Assembly (NCBI GenBank): GCA_049320885.1
Contig: JBMORA010000035.1
Location: 39,054-103,053 of the forward strand
Length of the DNA stretch: 64,000 bases
Reading direction: 5' to 3'
From: Thermodesulfobacteriota bacterium
GTDB lineage: Bacteria; Desulfobacterota; Desulfobacteria; Desulfobacterales; SURF-7
The notes under the pieces are model-generated. The model saw only the letters and a list, made by a program, of their open reading frames with translations. It was not told the DNA's origin and searched no databases. Positions 27,844 through 35,737 of the stretch are shown one piece after another; position 1 is the stretch's first letter, and every line of letters begins with the position of its first letter. The position numbers and the translations under genes are program-made.

Positions 27844-29842
27844 CGATCTGCTGGAACAGCATTTCGACACCGCCTTTGCCGCGCCTGCCGGTATCGCCAA
27901 ACTGCGCGAGTTGATCTTGACCCTCGCCATGCAGGGCAAGCTGGTGGAACAGGACCCGAACGACCCACCCGCCAGCGAGTTGCTGAAGGAGATCGAAGCC
28001 GAAAAACAGCAGCTTGTGAAAGCGGGCAAGATTAAAAAGCCCAAGCCGCTGCCGCCCATTAAGCCGGAGGAAGTGCCCTACGAACTGCCGGAGGGATGGG
28101 AGTGGGCGAGGCTCGGTGAAATAACTGAATACAACGGTCGAAAAAATATCTCGGGCGATGAGATAGCCCCCGATACATGGTTGCTTGATCTCGAAGACAT
28201 TGAAAAGGGAACTTCTCGTATTCTGTTCCGAGCAAAGTTTTCAGAGCGCCAATCAAAATCTACGAAATCAACCTTTCAGAAAGGTGATGTGCTTTATGGC
28301 AAACTTCGTCCCTATCTCGACAAGGTTGTGGTAGCAGATGCTGATGGAGTTTGCACGACTGAGATTGTGCCCATCGTTCCGTTTAACGGAATACATTCTG
28401 AATTTCTCAGGTGGTTACTAAAGCGCCCTGCATTTATAACCCATGTTAACTCTCTCATGTATGGCGTCAAAATGCCCAGGCTTGGCACAGATGATGCTTT
28501 AACGAGTATTCACCCGCTTCCCCCCCTCCCCGAACAACACCGCATCGTCGCCCGCATCAACCAGTTGATGACCCGTTGTGATGAGTTGGAAAAGCTGCAC
28601 AAACAGCGGGAGGAGAAGCGGCTGGCCGTCCACGCCGCCGCCATCAAGCAACTGCTCGACCCGCCGGACCTGTCTGCCGGCCAGGCAGGCGGCTCGGCCT
28701 GGGACTTTATCCAACAGCACTTCGACGACCTCTACACCGTCAAGGAAAACGTCGCCGAACTGCGCAAGGCCATCCTCCAACTCGCCGTAATGGGCCGCCT
28801 CGTTCCCCCTGCCTGCCGGCAGGCAGGCAAGACCCCAACGACCCTCCCACCACCAGAACCTGGATCATGGTGGGTGTACGTTATTGAGTGCGAAAATGGA
28901 TCATTCTATAAAGGTTTTACAGAAGATCTTCCGCGTCGCTGGCGGCAACATCTATCAGGTACTGCGAGCGAATGGACAAAAAAGCATCCACCCAAACAGG
29001 TTTACTACTGGGAAAAATGTTTTTCAAAAGAAGCAGCCATTAAGCGGGAAGACTATTTGAAATCAGGCTTTGGTCGAGAATGGTTCAAGCGCGAGGTGGT
29101 TGATAATCAAAAAGCATGGCAGACCGCCAGCGAACTGCTCAAAGAGATCGAAGCCGAAAAACAGCGACTGATGAAGGCAGGTAAAATCAAGAAGCCCAAG
29201 CCCGTACCGCCCATCAAGCCGGAGGAAGTGCCCTACCAACTGCCGCAGGGCTGGGAGTGGGTGCGATTTGGAAAAGTTGCGAGCAACCGACTAGGAAAAA
29301 TGCTCGATAAATCTAAGAATCGAGGTAACCCAAAACCATATTTGAGAAATACCAATGTTCAATGGCATCAGTTTGTTCTTGATGATGTCAAAGAGATGAA
29401 ATTCGAAGATGAAGAGCTTGATGAATTTCGTGTACTTCCCGGTGACCTTCTAATATGCGAAGGTGGTGAACCCGGTCGCTGTGCAATATGGCGCGATTCA
29501 GAGGTAGAAATCTATTTCCAGAAAGCCATACATAGAGCGAGGCCGTTTTCGTGCGTTACTTCTGAGTATCTGCAAGTTTGCCTTACAAACGATGGGGGTA
29601 ACGGTCAGTTGGAAAAGTATTTCACTGGGGCAACAATCAAGCATTTCCCTGGTGACAAGCTTAATGGGTATGTCATTCCTCTACCACCTCTTCCCGAACA
29701 ACACCGCATCGTCGCCCGCATCGATCAGTTGATGGCCCTGTGCGACACACTCGACCAGCAGATCGACGCTGCCACCGGCAAAAAGACCGAACTGCTGGAC
29801 GCCGTGATGGCCCGCCTGTCGGCAGACACGGCCCAGGTATAA
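27800..29842 (+). CDS. hsdS: Type I R-M specificity subunit with a GIY-YIG nuclease domain embedded in the central conserved region
   Basis: Two TRDs, each preceded by ASELLKEIEAEKQ.L.KAGKIKKPKP.PPIKPEEVPY.LP.GWEW and followed by LPPLPEQHRIVARI.QLM. Between them sits WWVYVIECENGSFYKGFTEDLPRRWRQHLSG...QVYYWEKCFSKEAAIKREDYLKSGFGREW (GIY-YIG/UPF0213-like). Start set at ATG 27800, behind GGGAGGGGGG. Confidence 0.85.
   Translation: MTSSSSFVPSCLRVSDLLEQHFDTAFAAPAGIAKLRELILTLAMQGKLVEQDPNDPPASELLKEIEAEKQQLVKAGKIKKPKPLPPIKPEEVPYELPEGWEWARLGEITEYNGRKNISGDEIAPDTWLLDLEDIEKGTSRILFRAKFSERQSKSTKSTFQKGDVLYGKLRPYLDKVVVADADGVCTTEIVPIVPFNGIHSEFLRWLLKRPAFITHVNSLMYGVKMPRLGTDDALTSIHPLPPLPEQHRIVARINQLMTRCDELEKLHKQREEKRLAVHAAAIKQLLDPPDLSAGQAGGSAWDFIQQHFDDLYTVKENVAELRKAILQLAVMGRLVPPACRQAGKTPTTLPPPEPGSWWVYVIECENGSFYKGFTEDLPRRWRQHLSGTASEWTKKHPPKQVYYWEKCFSKEAAIKREDYLKSGFGREWFKREVVDNQKAWQTASELLKEIEAEKQRLMKAGKIKKPKPVPPIKPEEVPYQLPQGWEWVRFGKVASNRLGKMLDKSKNRGNPKPYLRNTNVQWHQFVLDDVKEMKFEDEELDEFRVLPGDLLICEGGEPGRCAIWRDSEVEIYFQKAIHRARPFSCVTSEYLQVCLTNDGGNGQLEKYFTGATIKHFPGDKLNGYVIPLPPLPEQHRIVARIDQLMALCDTLDQQIDAATGKKTELLDAVMARLSADTAQV
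28808..28827. repeat. Perfect 20-nt palindrome CCTGCCTGCCGGCAGGCAGG inside hsdS
   Basis: Read directly from the sequence. It lies between CTCGTTCCC (LVP) and CAAGACCCCAACGACCCTCCC, which would encode QDPNDPP only in the +2 frame. Confidence 0.9.
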
Positions 29843-29851
29843 GGAGATGCC

Positions 29852-29981
29852 ATGCGCCTGACATCACTTTATATCGGCCAGTACAAGAACCTTCGGGATT
29901 TTTCTCTGAGGTTCGACCTGCCGGCCGGGCAGGCGGGCGGCAGCAACTTTATCGATGTCTTTGTCGGCAATACCGTCGGCC
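29852..29981 (+). pseudogene. 5' stub of an R-M-linked ATPase-like gene, joined to a NERD-gene fragment and cut by the IS
   Basis: Strong SD (AAGGAG) and MRLTSLYIGQYKNLRDFSLRFD...SNFIDVFVG resemble the N-terminus of AAA_15/21-type ATPases up to where Walker A should begin. From ~29965, TCGGCAATACCGTCGGCC matches the NERD copies (32596.., 38281..). Confidence 0.4.
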
Positions 29982-30212
29982 TGATGTGGTTTAATGAGAG
30001 CGGACACTGAGTCAAGCGTGGTTTTTTAATCGGCTTAGAAACATAGACAAAACAGAAGGTTTTTGTTATCTGGCACGGCAACTAGCCGGAAAGGTTATTT
30101 GCGAGAATGGGCTATAGGTGCTCGTCGGAGCAAATAAACTTTCCGGCGGGTCCCAGGATTCGGCTTGGATAGCGGATATGTTTCGGGAGCTATTACGCAG
30201 ACGAGGTGTTCA

Positions 30213-30515
30213 ATGGGTGAAAAGAAGCAGCGAAAAGATTACACGGATGAATTTAAACTGGATGCCGTCAAGCTAGTTATCGAACAAGGGTACTCCACCC
30301 CTGAGGTTGGCCGGCGGCTGGGGATCAATCATACCAACGTCTCAAGATGGGTTCGGGAATATCATGCAAAGATAGGTGTCCCTTCCAAAAGTTCAGGTGC
30401 TGTCCAGGAACTGGAGGAGGAGGTAAAACGCCTCAGAAAAGAAAACAAACGCCTTTTGATGGAGCGAGAAATCTTAAAAAAGGCGGCGGCCTTCTTTGCG
30501 AACGAATCGAACTGA
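30213..30515 (+). CDS. IS3 transposase OrfA (HTH)
   Basis: MGEKKQRKDYTDEFKLDAVKLVIEQGYSTPEVGRRLGINHTNVSRWVREY...LMEREILKKAAAFFA. The slippery heptamer AAAAAAG lies at 30476-30482. Confidence 0.85.
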   Translation: MGEKKQRKDYTDEFKLDAVKLVIEQGYSTPEVGRRLGINHTNVSRWVREYHAKIGVPSKSSGAVQELEEEVKRLRKENKRLLMEREILKKAAAFFANESN

Positions 30516-31383
30516 GGTTCGATTTTATCCGGCAGCAAATGAAGGCCTATCCCGTAACCGTCTTATGTTCGGTGATGCGGGTTAGCCGGGGTGGGTTCTA
30601 TGGCTATCTGAAACGATTCAATGCTGGGAAGAATCGTCCAGAAGAGACCGAATTGGGGAAGCGAATCAAAGAAATATTCAACGATCACAAAAACTGCTAC
30701 GGATCCCGACGGATCGCAAGGCAATTAAGGGATGAAGGCCAGCCGGTGGGCCGATATAAAGTGCGACGGATCATGCGCCAGTTGTGGGGCTGAAGGCAAA
30801 AACTCCCAAGCGGTTCAAGCTGACGACCGACAGCCGACATTCGTTCCCGGTGGCGCCCAATACCCTGAATCGGAAATTCACGGTTGATGCTCCGAACAAG
30901 GTCTGGACGGCGGATATCACCTATGTATGGACCTTTGAAGGTTGGTTATACCTGGCGGTTGTCATGGACCTGTATTCCCGCCGGATTGTCGGGTGGGCCA
31001 TGAGTGAAAGAATGCAGAAGCAGCTTGTGCTGGATGCCCTGGCCATGGCGTATTGGCAGCGGAAGCCCTCAAAGGGTCTTTTGCATCATTCGGATCGCGG
31101 AAGTCAGTATGCCTGCCATGAATACAGGAAGCGGCTTAAAGGCTATGGCATGGAGGCCAGCATGAGCAGAAAGGGAAACTGCTGGGATAATTCACCAATG
31201 GAACGCTTTTTCCGCTCCTTGAAATCAGAACGGTTGACCGCTTGCCGTTTTGTGTCACGGAATGAAGCAAAAATGGAAATACTGGACTATATTACATTCT
31301 ATAACAGCATTCGGCTTCATTCGACATTGGGGTACGTATCTCCGATGGCTTATGAGAAAAAACAGTACTTAAAGGTGGCTTGA
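30476..31383 (+). pseudogene. IS3 transposase OrfB (DDE), entered by -1 frameshift and then broken by an extra frameshift
   Basis: The -1 frame continues from the A6G site. DDE region WTADITYVWT...HSDRGSQYA...NSPMERFFRSLKSE. The frame breaks at ~30784 (CAGTTGTGGGGCTGA where CAGTTGGGGCTGAAG is expected), which looks like a 2-nt TG insertion. Confidence 0.75.
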
Positions 31384-31413
31384 TTTTGTGTCCGTTTTTC
31401 CTTGACCATTACA

Positions 31414-31594
31414 GCCTGGTTGTTTTTGGAGTGAAGGACTCGGGGCTTGAGCAGATCGTCGCGGCTGATCCGCATCAGTTCCGGCTCAATATGGGGGGCG
31501 TGACCGAGAACCGGAAAAATTCATACCAGCAGGCCCGGGAATATTTCTACCAGTTGATGAACCGCATCCACAATCACAAACCGAATCAGAGTCA
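31414..31594 (+). pseudogene. NERD-domain gene fragment (third copy), continuing from 29965-29981 across the IS
   Basis: LVVFGVKDSGLEQIVAADPHQFRLNMGGVTENRKNSYQQAREYFYQLMNRI aligns with residues ~57-107 of the NERD proteins at 32443 and 38124. Homology ends at ~31570. Confidence 0.7.
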
Positions 31595-32063
31595 GACTTA
31601 CCCGCAATGCTCGGGTCCGTGGAATTATGGAGGCCGTGACGAATGCATGATACGACCAAGCCATTGATGGTTAGCGAGGATAGTGTTTCATATGGGGGGG
31701 AAAAGCCATGATGACCCTTCGGCTTTTCTCCGGGAAATTTGAATCCGTGCCGGCCGCCACATCCTGGTACTTGGCAGACCTTGGCGAGGCGCGTGGCAAA
31801 CAGGAATTGTTTACCCGTCAATCGCCGCAGCGTCTCAAGGCTTTGCGGGAGCACGCCCTCATTGAAAGCGCCGTATCATCCAACCGGATCGAGGGCGTGG
31901 AGGTCGAGCAATCCCGAATCGCCACCATCGTCTTCGGCCAGCCGCTTCTGCGGGACCGTGATGAGGAGGAAGTCCGGGGATACCGGCAGGCCCTGACCTG
32001 GATTCATGAGCAAGGGGCGAAAATCCCGATATCGGAAGAGACCGTTTTACAGCTCCATCATAT
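31595..32063 (+). repeat. 469-bp direct repeat, copy 1 (fic upstream region and Fic N-terminal domain)
   Basis: Colinear with 34809-35277 at equal length. I count about five substitutions and no net indel. Confidence 0.85.
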
Positions 32064-32295
32064 GACACGCGGGGAAATCTGGGATGCCGGAAAATACAAA
32101 AATAAAGACGGCGACATTATCGAAAAGTTTCCGGATGGCAGGTCGCGGGTCCGCTTCAAAACCGTTCCGGCGAAAGACACGCCGAGTTTCATGAAGGATC
32201 TGGTCGAGTTGTACGACGATGCCATCGAGGATCGCAAAGTCCCGCCGCTTGTCCTTTTAGCCGCCCTCAACCTCGATTGGGGCGGCAAGTGTTGA
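31708..32295 (+). pseudogene. Fic-family protein truncated before the catalytic HPFxxGNGR motif
   Basis: Fic_N-like region with the inhibitory-helix motif SSNRIEG ((S/T)xxxE(G/N)). It ends ...LLAALNLDWGGKC*, where Fic proteins continue into the HPF motif. Confidence 0.7.
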
Positions 32296-32442
32296 AGATG
32301 CAATCCGAAAAAGGGAAGTCGTGATCCCTGTGGCGAAATAATGCATCAGAATGGATGGCAGACGGGCCGGGATAACAGGTCAACTTTATAGAAAATGGAA
32401 CTAAAACAGGGACTGATTTGTATGTGCTATTGAGGTGCGCGT

Positions 32443-32931
32443 ATGGCCCAAATGATTCCGCCTGATGTTGAGACCTTCACAACCGATGGCGAAAGGCAGT
32501 TCTACCGATTTTTGGAAGCGGTCGCCAAGCCGGATTCGAATTTTATCGCCTGGTATACGCCGAACATTGACGGGAAGGAGCCGGATTTCGTTCTTTTCGG
32601 CAATACTGTCGGCCTGGTTGTTTTTGAAGTGAAGGACTGGGGGCTTGAGCAGATCGTCGCGGCTGATAAGCATCAGTTCCGGCTCATTATGGGGGGCGTG
32701 ACCGAGAACCGAAAAAATCCTTACCGGCAGGCCCGGGAATATTTTTACCAGCTGATGAACCGCATCGAGCAGGACGGGCGGCTGGTATCGCAGGAGCCGG
32801 GACATCATGGCAAGCTCCGGATACCGATCACCTGCGGCGTCATCTTTCCCAACATCAATAAATACGAGTATTCCCAAAAAGGCTTGGACATAAAAATTGC
32901 CCATTATTCACTATTCGAATCAGGAGAATAG
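32443..32931 (+). pseudogene. NERD-domain gene truncated after ~150 codons (second copy)
   Basis: MAQMIPPDVETFTTDGERQFYRFLEAVAKPDSNFIAWYTPNIDGKEPDFVLFGNTVGLVVFEVKDWGLEQIV... is nearly identical to the first ~150 aa of 38124..39995. It diverges after YSQKGLD (~32893) and stops. Confidence 0.75.
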
Positions 32932-34419
32932 ATGATGGATCGCTTTGATCTTCTCAGTTTTGATGAAGGGAAAACCCTGGAATTCAAGCGGGACCTCTCG
33001 TCACCCAAAGCATTCTTGAAGACACTGGTGGCTTTTGCTAACACGGCGGGCGGTAAAATCATCATCGGCGTGGAGGACAAGACGCGCCGGCCTGTTGGTG
33101 TGCAGCATCCCCTGGATGAAGAGGAAAAATTGTGTAATCTGATCGCCGATTCCATTAGTCCACGCCTGGTGCCCAATGTGGAAATGGTAACGGTGGACAA
33201 CAAGACCCTCCTGATCGCCGAAGTCTTCTTAAGCAATTCACGGCCCCATTGGCTCAAAGCGGAAGGACCGGAAAACGGCGTCTATGTCCGACTCGGTTCC
33301 ACCAACCGCCAGGCGGACCGGGAACTCATCGCGGAGTTGCGTCGGTCGGTGGAAGGGGTTGCTTTTGATGAAATGCCGTTGCCGGAAATGTCCGTTGACG
33401 ATCTGGATTTGGCCGCCGCCCGGAAAGTATTCCAGGGGCGCCGCAAACTGGATAAGCAAGAATTGCTGACACTGAAATTGCTGCGTAAAGACCAGGGGAA
33501 ACTAGTCCCGACCAAGGGCGCTGTGCTTTTATTCGGAAAAGAGCGCGTTTTCCATTTCCCGGATTCCTGGGTGTAGTGCGGCCGCTTTATCGGCCGGGAC
33601 AAAACTGATATCTTCGATCATATTGATTTGGACGAGCCCTTGCCGCAACTGGTGGAGAGCATCCTGTTGTTTCTGAAAAAGCATGCCATGCGCGGTGCCG
33701 ATTTCTCCGAAATTCGGCGGAAGGATGTCTGGAGTATCCCCCTCGGGATTCTGCGGGAGGCGGTGATCAATGCCCTGGTGCATGCTGACTATTCCCAGCG
33801 CGGCGCTCCGATCCGCATCGCCTTTTACGATGACCGCATTGAAATCGAAAACCCGGGGATCCTGATGCCGGGCATGACCATCGAGGATATGAAGCAGGGG
33901 GTCTCCAAGATCCGCAATCCGGTGATCGCCAGGGTTTTCCGAGAACTGAAACTCATTGAACAATGGGGCAGCGGCGTGCGCAATATCCTCCGGGTCGCCC
34001 AGGAACAAAACCTGCCGGAGCCCATTTACGAAGAAATCGGCATGCGGCTTCGTTTGAGCGTGTTCCTTGCAGAACCGCAGGTTCTTTCCAAAATTCAGGC
34101 CGGGTCCAGGTCCATAACTGTCCAAAAGAGTCTTGAGGAAACCAAGGGGGGGGTGCCAAATCAAGAGCAGTGGGCTAAACGGTGGGGTGAAAAGTGGGGT
34201 AAAAAGTGGGGTGAAACCATGATGGCCAAGCGGCTTACGATTGCTCGCGCCATGCAGCGCAATCCGCGCATTTCAACCTCGGAGCTGGCCGCACACTTGG
34301 ATATGGGAACTACTGGTGTGGAGAAGCATTTAAAAATATTGCGTGAAAATGGATGTATCCGACGGATCGGTCCAGCCAAGGGCGGTCGCTGGGAAGTGTT
34401 GGAAGACGGGGATGAATAA
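32932..34419 (+). pseudogene. Schlafen/AlbA_2, HATPase_c_4 and wHTH regulator interrupted by one in-frame TAG
   Basis: ORFs 32932..33576 (LEFKRDLSSPKAFLKTLVAFANTAGGKIIIGV = AlbA_2) and 33628..34419 (LREAVINALVHADYSQRGAPIRIAFYDDRIEIENPG...IEQWGSGV; C-terminal wHTH) are in the same frame. The only stop between them is TAG at 33574-33576 (FPDSWV*CGRFIGRDK). Confidence 0.8.
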
Positions 34420-34539
34420 AGAGACTACCGAGCTAAAGCGGTTTATCCACAGATTACGCGATTTCTTGCGATTTCTTGTCGGACCAAGTAGAACCATTGA
34501 CTATCAATTGGTTAGGATAAAAATCAGACCATTTTGGGG

Positions 34540-34580
34540 TCTTAGAACGATGTTTTTGGGGTCGAAAAGGGCGGTTTAAG
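34540..34580 (+). repeat. CTTAGAAC...GTTTAAG hairpin motif, copy 1
   Basis: TCTTAGAACGATGTTTTTGGGGTCGAAAAGGGCGGTTTAAG. Confidence 0.6.
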
Positions 34581-34808
34581 GAACGCGAGGGCTGAAACTG
34601 TGTTTGGCGAAAATGTAACGATCAGCTAAAACGCCTGAAATAGGACGGGGATGCCTTGCTGTTCGACTTGAAATATAGCGTTGGACCGCTGAAAAATACG
34701 GAATCAGGTTCCATGGATTATCAGGCGCTCAAAAAACTGATACAGGAAGTCAAAACCGACCGGCTGGAAATTGCCAGTCCCGGCGGTCTTCGGTTCAGGT
34801 CTACCGAA

Positions 34809-35277
34809 GACTTACCCGCAATGCTCGGGTCCGTGGAATTATGGAGGCCGTGACGAATGCACGATACGAACAAGCCATTGATGGTTAGCGAGGATAGTGT
34901 TTCATATGGGGGGGGAAAGCCATGATGACCCTTCGGCTTTTCTCCGGGAAATTTGAATCCGTGCCGGCCGCCACATCCTGGTACTTGGCAGACCTTGGCG
35001 AGGCGCGTGGCAAACAGGAATTGTTTACCCGTCAATCGCCGAAGCGTCTCAAGGCTTTGCGGGAGCACGCCCTCATTGAAAGCGCCGTATCATCCAACCG
35101 GATCGAGGGCGTGGAGGTCGAGCAATCCCGAATCGCCACCATCGTCTTCGGCCAGCCGCTTCTGCGGGACCGTGATGAGGAGGAAGTCCGGGGATACCGG
35201 CAGGCCCTGACCTGGATTCATGAGCAAGGGGCGAAAATCCCGATATCGGAAGAGACCGTTTTACAGCTCCATCATAT
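34809..35277 (+). repeat. 469-bp direct repeat, copy 2
   Basis: See 31595-32063. Here the left neighbour is a fragment resembling an HATPase_c_4 region (DRLEIASPGGL) rather than the NERD fragment. Confidence 0.85.
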
Positions 35278-35562
35278 ATTCTTTCCATCATCAAGATGGC
35301 CTATCGGGAATTCGAGCAAGGCCTCGGCCAACTCCAGAGCCCCAAGGGTGAGAAAACGAGTCTCGTTCTTCATGCTATCGACAGTGCTCTCGGTTCTTTC
35401 AGCGTGACGGAAATTCAGAACAAGTGCCCGAACGTCAGCGTGGATATGGTCCGCCGGGTGCTGAAGAACCTGCGGGCAAAAAATCAGGTTGAGTGCCTTG
35501 GCCGCGGCCAGAATGCCCGTTGGCAAAAAGCCGCCAAGTGGCAATTGGGTAATGTCGATTGA
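34922..35562 (+). pseudogene. Fic-family gene with the catalytic core deleted (N-terminal domain joined out of frame to the C-terminal wHTH part)
   Basis: The N-terminal 118 aa are identical in register to 31708. After ...LQLHH (35277) the sequence jumps to the Fic C-terminal region, read in another frame as MAYREFEQGLGQLQSPKGEKTSLVLHAIDSALGSFSVTEIQNKCPNVSVDMVRRVLKNLRAKNQVECLGRGQNARWQK (35296..35562). Confidence 0.7.
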
Positions 35563-35664
35563 ATTGGGTAATGAACTGGGTAATGTGATTTCTTGTCTGA
35601 TTTCTTGTCGAGGCAACAGTAAGAATTTATAGGAAATGAATGATAAATCAGAGCCGTTTTTTAT

Positions 35665-35704
35665 GCTTAGAAACACCATTTTGGGGGTGAAAAGAGCTGT
35701 TTAA
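35665..35704 (+). repeat. CTTAGAAC...GTTTAAG hairpin motif, copy 2
   Basis: GCTTAGAAACACCATTTTGGGGGTGAAAAGAGCTGTTTAAG. Confidence 0.6.
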
Positions 35705-35737
35705 GGAGGGAAGGGGGGGGGCAAAGCGGAAAGATTG

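Larger units (their letters stand above)
29982..31413 (+). mobile_element. IS3-family insertion sequence (1432 bp) with 33-bp imperfect terminal inverted repeats and a 3-bp GCC target duplication
   Basis: IRL is TGATGTGGTTTAATGAGAGCGGACACTGAGTCA. The reverse complement of IRR is TGTAATGGTCAAGGAAAAACGGACACAAAATCA (TG..CA ends, shared CGGACAC block, 20/33 by my count). GCC occurs at 29979-29981 and 31414-31416. Removing the IS restores GTCGGCCTGGTTGTTTTTG, as in the NERD copy at 32600. Confidence 0.85.

Noticed and set aside
27694-28035. 113-aa ORF starting inside the cargo-less CACGAAG element (..VIPAKAGTQIRG..)
   Set aside because: It is a translation of the repeat hairpin (ACCCGCGAAGGCGGGT) and then runs out of frame over hsdS. 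It is not a gene.
30476-30482. Treating the IS3 orfA/orfB frame change as a disabling mutation
   Set aside because: A AAA AAG at this position is the standard programmed -1 frameshift signal of IS3-family elements. Only the second frame break near 30784 is counted as damage.
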